NCBI GenBank assembly: GCA_036172245.1
Contig: JAYWIR010000014.1
Location: forward strand, 2,356,001 to 2,420,000
Reading direction: 5' to 3'
Length of the DNA: 64,000 bases
Source: Raillietiella orientalis
Taxonomy: Eukaryota
Shown here piece after piece: positions 49,444-62,029 of the stretch. The notes under the pieces were generated by a model. The model was not told the origin of the DNA, searched no databases, and was given only the letters and a program-made list of their open reading frames with translations. The translations under genes and the position numbers were made by a program. Positions within the stretch are counted from its first letter, which is position 1, and the number at the start of each line of letters is the position of its first letter.

Positions 49444-52400
49444 TTAATAGAGAACGTCCCACAGCAACTCCAAGACTTTAATGAAACTCCGCGAACCCTT
49501 CACACCCAACCGCAACGCGCACACGCCCGCCAACCGCAGACTAAGGGCTTCTGTGAAACTGGAAAGCTTCTGCTTCACCACGCTGACCGGCAAAGTTACG
49601 GCGGAGTACCAACATTTTTGACGAATAAAAACTTCAAAATCTCGGAACAAATTCGAAGTGATGGATGCTAAACTTTTGCCCGAGCTAAATGCTGATCGCT
49701 GTGATGATGGACACAAATGGAAGAAATTAAATTCAATAATGGGCCAAAAATGCGTAGAAAGCGAGCAAAGGAATCACTGACGTTGTTAATTGTAGGTATA
49801 TACCTTGTCCGGAAGACCAAGTTATGAAGTATTCGTTTCTTTTGTTTCTTTTCTATTTGTTTGACGAGACTTCATACTGATGCTTCCGTATGTGTATTTA
49901 TACTAGAAAAAGAAGGAATGATGACTGTTCAAAAGTTAATAGGTTTACTTTCGGAATCAACTTAAGATTTCCATAATCATTTTTCTCATTCCTGTCCTAA
50001 TTCTTAACTCTATGATGTTTACTCATACAGAAGACTATCGAATGCATATCATTATTTCGTTCATCCTTTTTACTATATTCTCCTATGAAAGTCTCTTTCT
50101 CCCCTTTCTCAAGGTTAAACTGATGCTCTAATTTTCAAGGTGCTACTGGAACTTTGGAAGTATAGTATGATTTCTTTTTTCCATACAACAGACCACAGTT
50201 CATTTCTAAATTACTAGAATTAGCTCGAACCTTCTCAAAAACGAAGAATACTTAATATCAATTTTTAAACTCTTCAAGCGATCCAAGTCCATACATACTG
50301 TCCACATATTTCTGCTCCACTCGGAATAATCTGAAAAGTTCATTGAGATAATAACTTCTACCCTTTCCTTGTAAGGAAACTTTTGTAGCAAACTAGGTAA
50401 GAAATTGAAAGTAGATCCAGAAATCCTTTGTATAAAATGAAGAATATGAGGAGCACATTTTCTGGGATCTGCTTCAGTGCTTATGTTTATATCGACGAAT
50501 CCCATACGTCATCACTGCAAATATTAATCGAAATACTATTTTAAAAAAAAGGAGAAAGGCATAACAGAGCCTGGGATTGAATGCTTTGAAGGCTTCCATC
50601 TGGGAAACTGAGACAGAATTTTTCATATCTGTTAAAGGATATCAGGTCTATTAAGAATATTAATCACTCTTATTTGGAAAATTTTGATTTTCCTTGATTG
50701 TTTAGAGTTTTCTCATTTAAAAGAATTAAAAGAATGCACGAAATCTGTTTCTTCCTATTAGAAAGTCATCTTGAATCTAGGGTTCTTGCATCTCAATTCA
50801 AACTCTTAGAGATTTTGTGTATAGCTCAACAAAAGATTGATTTATTACAGTGATGTTGCATGCGTTTATGCTTTTGTGATCTCTGAAGTCGAGCATGAGC
50901 AGGACAGATCTCTCCTTGAGCCGTAAAATCAACGCCTGTAATCAAAAAACAGCAACTTATTTGCAAAATCACAAGGTGACCGCACTGTGCTTAGCACTAA
51001 ACCAGATTACATACATCAAACTTTATTAAAATCCCCCAAAAATTTTACTGAAAGCAACGTGAGGAAAAAGTATTGTCCAATTCGTTAAAAGAGCACACAC
51101 ACACACACAGGAATCGAGTCTCCCTCCTTTTAGGATCTTGCGATTTGCACAAGTTCATCCAAATTCAGAAGTAAAAAGCATCCTATAAGATTTTCTCTCT
51201 CAATTCGATACAGCTTTATCTTCGATGGCTGTTGCTCAACTTGAAAGGCAGAATTCGATCAATGAATTCTTGTGGTTCTTAAGGTCATGATGATAAGGTG
51301 AAGTGATCTACGAAAGTCGCGATTGTGAATTTCATTTTGAATAGCAAAGCAGAGCAAAGGATAGCAAAGATTAAATGTAAGGAGGAAGAAGAAAAAGATG
51401 CAAGAGAACAAAACAGTCGGTTCTACGGGTATTTTTAGAAGGCCCTTTAAGAACACATTGGTTTGAAATGGATTGAAGCTCTTTTCGTAGGGTAAGCATA
51501 TTTCCAGGACACAAATGCTCTTTTATTTGGTTCCAGGTTTTCGAACAAATGAATTGTCTGCAGATTCTTGGCTAGAAAGGAGTTTGCAGCAACTTTTCAC
51601 AGAAAATGAATAACTTTTGTATGTTGAACACTAATTTTAGAGATTTTCGTGTGGTAATGGGTAAGCTCTTTTTAAATAGGATTTTTGAATTTGGACTGAT
51701 ATTCCGGGTTGTAGTCTTCAGAGTGCTTATATTAAAAAAAGGTTCTTTGTTTGTCAGTAGCAAATTCTAGTGAAAGATTAAAGTCCTTTGATCTAAAATC
51801 ATTGAGTGGAAGTGCAGATAAATCTCGTGAGTGCATGAGTAAACGAATCATTCCACTGAAACCATTCCTAGAAGCCAGGATAGTGCTTCTAAAACTATGA
51901 ATTCAGCTCTTAAAGCAGTTAGACCTGTCATGGCTTGCTGGTCTCTGTTTTCGAATAAAGCCATTTAAAATAGAAAATTACATCTTATTATTCTGTGGCA
52001 CTGAACTCTTGAATCCATGTGTAAAGTGCTATTCCATTACTACACTGGATATGTTTGCAGTGAACTCATGCGTTTCTTTTCAAGAATTTACTCTTCGAGA
52101 AATGGTGGGCCTTTGCTTCTGTACGACTGGAAACAACTGGAATCATTCTGAGGACAGAGAGGCAGAGTTTCCACACGAATGTTAATGTTTAAGATGGCAT
52201 CACTAATTCTGATATTCCAAAACTGACTTCAGGCCGTCAAATAGCGGATACCTTAGCAAAAGAATCGAAAATTCCGTTTGCTGCCCCGTTGCAGTGTGAT
52301 ATGAAATGCACTACCAAAAACAAAATATGTTTTGAGACCTAAGGAAATCGTAACTTATAAGTTTAAAGAAGTAATAAAAGCGATCTCGAATTGATCAGAT

Positions 52401-53019
52401 CCATTTTGTATATTCTTCGATGATGAAGAAATATTTGAAAGTTACAGGGCCAGAACTTAATACACGATAATAAAACGAAATCCAAAACGGATGTTGGACG
52501 GATGTCTGTAGGTAATGGATTACCACAGAAATTGTATTTTATCTGGATCTATTGAAAGATGGTCCTTAAGACTTGCAGAATTGGTGTCGATTCGCTATTG
52601 CAATAACTGCTTCGATCCATACAAAAAGCGATTTTTTATCTTGAAAGTAACACACTATGGGAAATCCCGTAAAAGGGATTTCAAAATCATCGAAAATTCT
52701 TCCAGTCGTTTCAATTTAATGAGATCAATTTGTTGATTAGGATGCCCTAGATCTGGATGAGCGAGTTCTTCCGAATAGTTGCCATGAATCCCCAAAATGC
52801 ACTGATGAAGTACTACGCTACCTACAGCATGGATTTTGTCAGCTGAAGCTGATGAATCGAAAACTCTTCAGGTTGTCAGCTGACTTCTTTCATTTCCCAT
52901 TTTGGACACCCACACAAATTTGTCATGCAATCCTCGTGCCTCTTCCCAATGCACTGTGCGCCTATTTCTGGTCGCTGCTTACCTAATTTCATCAAACCCA
53001 GAGAACGATAATTTGACAT
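49444..53019 (-). pseudogene. Endogenous bunyavirus-like L protein (cap-snatching endonuclease plus RdRp core), many stops and frameshifts
   Basis: Colinear degenerate motifs: ATG 53019; LHDKF 52916-52930; HPDLG..IDLIK about 52720-52759; KQSRK..IRV about 50665-50703 (F); ADPRKCAP about 50449-50472 (A, DxxKW); SGQGI..TTS 49799-49813 (B); HSDQ 49692-49703 (C, HSDD); FTEALSL about 49537-49558 (E). Spacing fits an L protein. Confidence 0.7.
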
Positions 53020-53290
53020 GGTATTACACTAGCTTTAAGCAATAGCACGATCGACCAGGTATTTTAGTCCCCTCGAGGGTAAAGTTTAGAGAGAATTTCG
53101 GAATCCAAAGGAGGCATCTCGATTCTCGAACAGTAAGAAACCTAACTTTTCTCAGAAGCAGAGTTTAATTATTTACAAAGAGTTTGGTATCTCGCCGTAG
53201 GGCTGGGACTACTAAGAATAAACAAAGAAGCAAAAGAGCGGAAAAACGTTCATAGGAAAGAGCCTTTCTCAACTTATAGAAAGAGTCTGA

Positions 53291-55300
53291 TTGTTTTTGC
53301 ATCTGGACCAAAGTGGGCATCCGCTACCCACGAATGAGAACAGCAAGCAGTGGAAGTTTCCTTCGGAAACGCCGTCTCTGAGAAAGCTGCTCATCGCAAC
53401 CAGCTGCAACTTTGCGAACATGGCGGCAGTCTTTGAGGAGATCGCGCCTGCCTACGAGAAGCGCAGCTCCCATTTTCTCGGGAACCTATTCGCTCCTATT
53501 GCTTGCATGTGCACTCGATTGTTCCAGCAAGCTGCAAGAGGAACGAAACGAGTGGCGGGTGTCCTGATTTGCACATGCATGACAGGCAGCACGGTCGAAG
53601 AGGAAAAAATCGCTACTTTTCAAGGGATTCGCGTGCGTAATGACAATCAGGAATTGGAGAAGAAACAAAATTGGATGCGCAACGAGGACGCTGTAGAACC
53701 ACAACGAGCAACGGCCTTCAGCAATGGTGTAGATGAACTTTTCACGCCGCCTCGTGGCATCTCGCTGAGAGAATCGACTCGGAAACTATCCAGCGTGGGA
53801 CTTGCGAGATGAATGAAGAGAACCAGGAAAGTTCAGAAGAAGCAATCAACCAACGTCCGCATCATACGAAAGAAACAGCAAATAATGGACTCAAGAAGAG
53901 TCAGGAATTAAAGAAAGATCCAAATGATCGCAGAAACCCCAGTGAAACCAGAATGTTCTGAAGGATTCTAGCTGAGAACAGACCGAACTTTCTGCACGAA
54001 GTATATCCATGCGCGGGAGAGAATGAGATTTTACATGCCTCCTGCTGCACGTGATGTAGCTTTGGGTATTTTTTAAACGACCGTTTTGCTAAGCTTCTTT
54101 GATTGCTACTTCATCTCGATGCCAGAATCCAGCAGAGGTTGCAAAAAAACTTCCTGTTCAGTTCTCTGATTTACTCTGTGTCACAATCCACATTATAGAA
54201 GTGGATACGCAACCCTAAAGGTGGGAAAACCTGGAGTCACTACCACACCGATTCGAAACTGCTCCTGGATGTCGTTTTGCGAAACTGCAAAGAAGTTTTA
54301 CGGACGCGATGAACTGAAACGCCGTTTGAATGATAACGCCTTTCCAGATGCTTTGGAGGAAACTATTTGACCTCGAACAGACCATCATAATGTAAACAAC
54401 CTTGGTGACAAACCTTATTGCTAGCATCGGTCATAACGGGCCCCTATCAGGAAGCCATCAAGTTTCCATAAAATCCTATGGGCAGGCATTTTCCTCAATA
54501 ACGAAACATTGGCCAACGGACAGGAAGTTGACCTTCCAATGCTTGAGACGTCTGACAAATGTTCGCGGTGATCTGAATCTGAGGGTGAGAAAGCATCTGA
54601 ACTTTCTTTCCAGTTCGACGCTCTGAGACTTTGAACTGAGCCATCTTTAGGGTGAAGTATACTCAGTGCTCCTCAAACTCGAACCAGAGAATTCGAAAGC
54701 ACCTGGAAGTCCACGTCGAGACAGATGCAAAGAGCCTCACGGCTCGCGTACTCAACCGTGCGAAGTTCATTCCTGTTTGGGAAGATCTCTCCACCATTGT
54801 GTGCGGGAGCTCCCATACGTTGTTCACCATCTGGGAAGAAGATTCGTCGTTACTGAAAAGGAAAGTCCTTCTGGCCCTAATTGATGGCGAAGTAACAGGA
54901 ATCCAGGATGTTCTCAGCGCGAAAAACCAACCCCAAAGTAAAAGGGCCGAGGCGAAATCACGAATCGTTCCCGAAGATAGCAAACAAGCCACGCGAGAGG
55001 AAGAACTGCTGGAAAATCCTGGAAGCCTTTTAATGAAACCATTTGAAGAATGAGCATGTGGGAAAAGTGCCGAAGAACGGCATGAAAAGGAAAGTGCGAA
55101 AGAGAAGGACTGGAAGTCGACTGCCAGGAGGTGTCCGGAGGGTGAGTCTTGAAAACGAGCGTGAAAAGTCCGGAAGCTGAAGTGGTTGCATTCCGTCCCC
55201 TGGGGGAAGTCAGGAAGAGACAGTCGTCATCCCAGCTAAGGATGAGGAAGAATTGAAAGCAAAGGTAGCTCACTTTCAAGAATTAGCGAATCGAGCGGGC
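53291..55300. other. Unassigned decayed, intronless coding-like DNA (possible further EVE)
   Basis: Open stretches 53291-53812 and 54652-55053 between two viral L remnants; no motif recognised. Confidence 0.25.
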
Positions 55301-55831
55301 TTATCCATCAACCCGGAGAAATGCGCTTCTGGGTTGGTTTAGGTTTCCCCAAAGCTACTCCGCATTCCATCCCTTTGTGCACTACCAAGCGCAACTTGGA
55401 TGATGGTAATTGAGATCAGAGGCAACCATCTTTGCTCATTACCACTTTCCATTCCTCACTAAAAAAGGTCAAAAACTAGAAGATTCATGCAAGAAAAAGA
55501 AATACCTTAATCTACCAAGGTGCTTCATGACCTGGACACTGCGCAATTTCCTGAGATCAGGCTTGTGGCTGCCAAAGTCGCTGTATCCTCCATTTTTCAA
55601 CTGCTCAATAAGAACAACAACAGACGAGCTCGTTCTGGGTGTCCACGAGAAATTGAAACATTTCTTTCTTATCATGTTGTACTGAAGACAGACGCTTCTC
55701 AGCATCTCTGTACTGAGATGCTGGTCTTGAACAAACCAGCTAAAGATGGATCATTATATCACCTTAAGAAAAGAAAGCGACAAGCATTTGAAGCTAGGGG
55801 AATACTGTCTCAAACACCTCGCTGCCATTGA
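55300..55831 (+). pseudogene. Mononegavirus-like nucleoprotein C-terminal remnant
   Basis: SEATIFAHYHFPFLTK then HDLDTAQFPEIRLVAAKVA; parallel to the 20.7-20.85 kb remnant. Confidence 0.35.
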
Positions 55832-56083
55832 TGAACTCCACATTCACATCCACGCTGTTCTCCATGCAGCGGGAGTCCAGCGTCTCAAGGGTTCAACTCT
55901 CTAGGTCAGTTGAGGGATCTCCCCGAACGGACTTCACTCTGAGAAATAAATAAAAGCATTGGCAGTCCTGAATAACTGAGAGCAAGCAGTACCCATCACG
56001 AGCGAACCCCTTGGCCATCTCATCTCCGTGCCACAAACGGTGCTACGCATATTCAAGCACAGGCCCGGGTGAGCGCCCGTTCC

Positions 56084-58400
56084 TCATATCCTGCAGGTAT
56101 GAAACCGGAGAAACTTTGACCAAGAACTCTTTGGTCGCCAAGCATTTCCTCTTCTACTGTGCGAGGTAGCAAGGCCCAAATGCCCTACACTGTTTGGATA
56201 ACACCAGAAAAGAAGGGCAAGGGTGGACCGTAGCGGCGGCCACAGGAACGGAGCGACCTTGAACGGAAGCCACGTACCGAAGGACTGACATTTGTGAACC
56301 TGACAAGACACTTGTCTTTGTGACGACACTGGCACCTGCGCAGTTGTGGCCGCCATGGCTGGAAGCGGACGGTTTTCTGCTTCCTGTTGCGTTGGCGCAG
56401 AAACGACCGATCCTGAGCCCCGGAACACTGTCCATGAAGTTCCTCCCGGGATCGGAAGCTCGGCATTCCTTCCCGCTCATTCCTCCTCCACTGTTCTTGA
56501 GCTCTTCACATGGAATAGGACGCTGGACACGATGCTAAAAATACAGTGGCATGTTGATCGAACCGACTGGACCTAATGCTGTGTTTCCCGTCCATTCGTC
56601 GCTCCTTCACTCTCCGGTTGAGCAGCCAGACTGCATCAAGAAATACAACGGGATTTTTCGAATTTTTGATTTCATGGGATCATCTCTAACCAAGCGCCTC
56701 GCTACACAAGAAAATTTACTTCTTGTGGAACCTCCGTTTCAAATGAGTTACGCATTCTCATAAAGGTTGTACATTACACCTTATCAAGATGCACTGAAAT
56801 TATTGTTAGCTGTAAAATCTTGTGCGGTTCGAATCTCGCTCGCCGCGATTGGGGCTGACGATCCCGCTCAACGGATGCTGCACCTCAAAGTAAAGCGGAG
56901 GAAGAAGTCAATTAGTGGAAATTCCTCCTCGGATTTCGGGCTTATTCTTTGTTCTGCCTAGTTTGCCATTCCCTCTCCAGGTGGACGTGCCAAACTAGGC
57001 AGATCATTCTAAAGCTGGCCCGTTCGAAAACGAATGGACTTCCTTTGGGGATTCCCCCACACGGAAGATGCAAGGCTTGCCACCAGTGCACCCTCCCTTC
57101 CACTCTGGTTGCGTTCATCGCTTCAGGAACTCATTAGATCTCCGGCGCTCACCGTATGACTCCGGAAGTAACGGAACATCTCTCAGTCTAGGATGACGAA
57201 GCTGAGGGTGTTGGCGTTCGCGTTGGCCTCCACACCCCCTTCGAAAAGATGCTGACGACACCCTTCCTCACGTCACCTCGTATACTTCGTCATGTTGGGC
57301 GGGGTACTCTCAGACGGTTTTTATAAGACGCAGCGTGGTTCGGCGAAATCTGAGCAAGACGCGCGGAAGGCAGAAGGTCGAATGGAAAAGTAGACGGACG
57401 ATGCTTTCTCATAGATCCTCTTCCATATTCTCCTTCTGCCGGTGTTGCTGCCCATCAAACATGGCTTCGCGGTCTCTGAAAACGGAGGACCCGTTTGCGA
57501 GGGGTGCAGCCGTCTCTGCTTTTCCGAAATCCTCATTCTGCCTGCGCAGTGCATCTGCGCGCAAGTTTTCGAATGGAGTCTCGAGTTGAAGGTAGCCGTA
57601 TCTCGAGGGTCCATTTCAACTCTGGGCCCACTTGCATTTCCTGGTTCGAATATAGTGGTCTTCGCTTCTGGGTCTGGTGACAGAGGACTCCTCCCCACAG
57701 CCAAGGGCCGTCTTTCTCACCTCAAGTGAGAAGGACTGGGGCTTTAATATCAGCGCCGAGGAGATCGTGTTTTTTGAAAGCGGTTTCTTCATGTACACCT
57801 ACAGTGTTGCGTCGGTTGAAGACCGAGGCGCCATCTGAAGTGGAAGAAATGTTAAGGGTATCAATGCCCATGAAGTCTCGCAACCGGGTGTCTGCGTAAA
57901 AGTCCACTTCCCGGAAAGCTGTTTGGGATTGCTCCTCGCAATTCGGAGAAGTGCAGAAAGTCGTCCGGAATGATGCGACGGACTTCGTCCCCCCTCTGGA
58001 CAGGCACGTTTGAAAAGTTTGTCTTCTCGAGAGCGCCACAGATGCTCAGTAGTCTCGTCTCAGATGGCAGTGTGCTCCAACGTGCAAGAAACCTGAAGGC
58101 GATAACCGAACTTACGGCCCTGCAAGAAGCAGCGCCTCTATGGCGTTCAACCACAGAGGCTGCCCTATGGAGACTTCTTGTCTGAAAGCACCCCGAAGCA
58201 AAGGAGTCAAGCAGAGATACCTGGCATTTTCGGTCTCCAAACCCATTGCGCCGTTGCATCTGCTGCGGGCAATACCAGAAGCTGCTGCAATAAGTTTCGA
58301 TTGCGGGGAAGGTCTGTCAAGCTGCAGAAGCAAAAGAGGAAACAACAGAGATCCATGCGACCCGGAATGGAACAGAGAACAACACCTTGGACTCTGTTTG
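56084..58400 (-). pseudogene. Endogenous mononega/chuvirus-like L protein, deleted and frameshifted
   Basis: Colinear remnants: LRRHPV/LHGH about 57864-57900 (GHP); ISEKQRRL 57507-57530 (KEREL); FDLSAF..RFR..T about 57320-57395 (A); GGVE(G)QR 57228-57240 (B); AGD 57138-57146 (C); LPCGGIP..PF.FER about 57020-57070; CS..R..W.G about 56560-56635; ATVHP 56220-56234 (HR position); PNSVGH 56178-56197. Confidence 0.6.
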
Positions 58401-59399
58401 CAGAAAGCTGAGACCAGAGGAAGAAGACCGAAGGCAAAGAGAAACGTTCTCCCTTTGCATCTTAAGAATGCCTTAGGAATACATCAGTTTCCGAGAACCA
58501 TAGCAGACCATCTCAGACAGCCACCGCAGAAAGCTGGAAGAACTCTAAAAAAAGGACAAGCAAACCCTTCAGAACTTTGTCTGGATGCGCCTCGATACTG
58601 ACAGGGAAGTGAGTAATGAAAACAAAAAGAGGAACTGAGAAATCCGGCGTTAAAAAGCACTGGAAAGGGGGATGAAAGGGGATTAAAAGGGAAGCACTCT
58701 GCGGAAATAATCCCATCCAATTGGGTCACCAGTAGCGAAAACGAATACTAGTGTCGGTGGTACTCCTCCCTCACATATAGGCTATGGTAGAGATGCAGAG
58801 AACCTTTTGCAAAAGGAGCCCTGGGGATCCCAAGACAAAAAGCAGCCTGGCTAGAGAACTATTGGGATCTGGTAACAAGAGTTTGAAGAAATATTGCACA
58901 CGGAAGGCAATGCAGGGGGGCATCAAAGAGAGTTCACTTCCTGGCAAGTACATTGATAATACTTGTCGGTCTGGGGATACGAACTTGGGGGAGCGATGCA
59001 CAATTTTGTGGCAAAGTCCCAGGCACTGAAAAAGATCATAAAGTGAATGTTCGTTTTTTTTGTTTCTGTTCTTCGTTCATAGATGGCTCCGCACCCCAGA
59101 CCCGAAGTGTTTCCGATTGAAACCGTATCACCCCTCAGCTTGCAAAATACCGCTCACCCCGGCACTGGGAATTGAGCACAGAAATATGTGGTGCCAAATG
59201 GATGCCAGCAATGATATACATTTGTACATATGTGGCAGGCTTTTATGAGCCGCGAAGAAGTGAGTTTCTTGGCACGTGGAATCTCCACAGATGAGGCTTT
59301 TACGTTCTGAGTTGTCGACAACAACCCTTGCTCTGCCATCCACAGTTTATCGAGCTGCAGATGCAAAAAAAAAAAAAAGTTCAGTTTGCTTCCTCCGTA

Positions 59400-61800
59400 A
59401 ATACGGAAAAAGACAGCAGGGATCGAACTGCCATCTACAGCTTGTTGGTCCAGATAGGTGTCTCTGCTAAATGAATTCGCGAACCCAGCACAGAGTGCGC
59501 AACCTGCCTGGCAGTGAGAAAGAGCGTCCACCGCGATTCGGTAATCGCGTAGTTCGAGCGCTTACTCACTGGCCCTCCAGGCATTCGAAGGCTCTCTGCG
59601 ATACCGAAGTTCCGACGGAGTGCAACTGGTTATCGGGAGGCCGGCACACTTTGCGTCTCCTCCTAGCAGCCTACTGCCTGAGGGGTCGACTGAGGATGCA
59701 AGCGGGAGCTTGACCCAGCAGCGAAAGCCCCACATACGGAGCGGAAGGAAACCCGACAGATTTAACCACAGAGGTCAAGCCACACAACAAAGTCCCCACC
59801 TCTTCAGGAAACTCGTCCACAGAAGCACAGCCCCCCGGTCAGGGATTTTCTTTCTCTGGGAAGTCCAGCATCATGTACACTACAATTACAAGCGTGTAGA
59901 CGTGAAAGCTCACAAAAATTTCACATGAAATGAGTACATCGCGTATTCCGAGGTGTGCGTGGATGCAAATGGACGTCCCCGGGCTTGCTGGAGCGCTTGG
60001 ACTCACGAAGAGCAATGCGTTGTTGCAGCTCGTCGCTTCCGATAGCATTCTAGTTAGCGCGACTGTTTCTTGGAGCTGGAACAGAACTCCACCTTCAAGT
60101 GGAACCCTGTTCTCGGTCGCTGGAGAAACATTCCCCCTGGCTCCAATCCATCCCGAGTGTTCCGACGTGAAAGTGAGGGTTTCTTGGCGTTGACCAGAGG
60201 ACAACTTGCTGACCTAGCAGCACCCTGACGATGGTCGCTCGAACGGATCTGAGCACTAACAAAGGGTCGCTGTCGCTCTCCTCTCTCTTGTCCTTTGCTG
60301 AGCTACAGGAACGCGGCTCCACTTCGCGGTGCCATGCTTGACCTCTCGCCCAAAATACACTCCTTGTGGAGGAACCAGGTGCGAACGCGAACGCGCAGGA
60401 TCCGCATAGGAACCGTCATGCGCACCGCCATCTTCGTCGAGATGGTGACGTCGAAATGGCATGATTTCCGAAGCATTCCTTGACCTTACCGTTGGTAGCC
60501 CCATTTTCAAACTTTGCCCCTCGTTACCAGGCTCCCTAATAAGGTAACGGGCTCGTCACTGCAGCGCCCGTTCATCGGTTCGGAGATCTGCCTGCCTGTC
60601 ACTTCCGCTTCCCCGTCCCACCCCTACCCCTTGTCCTCTTGACTGCAGTGCTTGCTCCTGATGACTTCCACACTGCCTTGAAGTCCGCTTGTAGAAAGGG
60701 AAGGGGCGTTAGTGCAATGACGACGGCGACGCCGCCTCGCAACCGTGGCAATGCGCATGCGTTTCCTCGCCCCGCATCTCCGATCACCTTCGCTACGCCA
60801 CCGAACAGCCCCTCTTGGTCCAGGAAGCCTTTCTGCTAGTGGACGTTCATCGATAGGCAGGAAGATGCTTGCTGCTTCGGACCTCAGCCCGCAGCAATCT
60901 CCTGCACCACAGCCAACGCTAGTTTGGCGGTCGGTCCGCCTACTGGCACGGAAGGGGCAGTTGACGTCGCCACCCCCGCGCTGACCCAGCAGCGGAAGCC
61001 CCCAGGCGCCGAGCTGAAGGAAATCTGAAAGCTTCCAACCACAGCGGTCGAAGTCTCATGACAAAGTCCTTAACCCCGCAGGAAACTCGGCCACAGAAGC
61101 CACGGTCCCTCGCGATCCGCGCGTCTCCGGGAAGCGGAGAGCGCGCGAGCGGATCCTATGTGGATGAGATGCCCGCAAACGGCAGCGCCTTCATCCGCGG
61201 GACAAGGAGGCGTGCGGGAGAAGGAATTATGCCAGAAGCAGTGGGGGAAGCAAGCAGGGAGAGGTGGGAGAGATTCGACAGGGCTCCGAGCGACGACGGA
61301 GCGCATGCCAAGGAGGGAGGAATCCCTCTGCCGCTGCGCGGAGCGACGCACGTCCGACCTCCCTCCCACCTGGCGGCGGTGGCGGCCGGGATGACGGTAG
61401 GTCGCGGAGCCATCATCCTGCTGGACGTCCACGCGTGCGTGCGAAACGCCGGGCGTAGAGGGAAGGAAATGGAGACCGTGGGGCAAGAGTAGCCGCTGGG
61501 CATTCGTCTGCTCGACTCCGCGACGAAGCCGTCTATCCGGCAGGCCGAGCCGAGCGTCTGAAGAGGGCCTCCCGGCGGTATCGCGGACGTGCTGCATCTG
61601 CACGCGCGATCCGGAGGGCTTGGCTGGAGCTCCGGGCTTCCCGTTTCCCCAGAAGAACCCGGCTGTCGAGGAAATGGCTTTTCCGTCGATGGAGCTGCCC
61701 CGACACCAGAACGCCCAGTCCAGCGCAGTCCACGATTGGAGTCACGAGACGAGACGAGGTTCACCAAGAGCGTCCATGGAGACGGCGCACATTAATTCTG
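59400..61800 (+). mobile_element. Decayed LINE ORF1-like remnants (at least two overlapping pieces)
   Basis: VKVRVSW, AIFVEM...IP.LTVG, degraded Cys/His knuckle and Pro/Ala tail; diverged direct repeat 59711-59835 / 60982-61108. Confidence 0.45.
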
Positions 61801-62029
61801 TGCATCCAGCACACCGGCTTCTGAACGGCAGTGATGCTGGTGCTATTTGACTGAGACGCCGATTAGCTGGTACTGCTGATCTCTTCGTCTTTCGAGGGCT
61901 GAGTTAAGAGCGTCCGGTTCAAACCGTTCCTGACCTTACAGAAAGAAGGGAGGGAGGGAGGGGGAGTTGCGGGTCGAGCGCGCGCGAAGCTCCGTGGTCC
62001 TGGCCGCGAGATCGAAGAAAATGCGCGGA

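Noticed and set aside
50505..50520. SDD on the minus strand as RdRp motif C
   Set aside because: Lies upstream of motif A and in another frame; HSDQ at 49692-49703 has the correct position.
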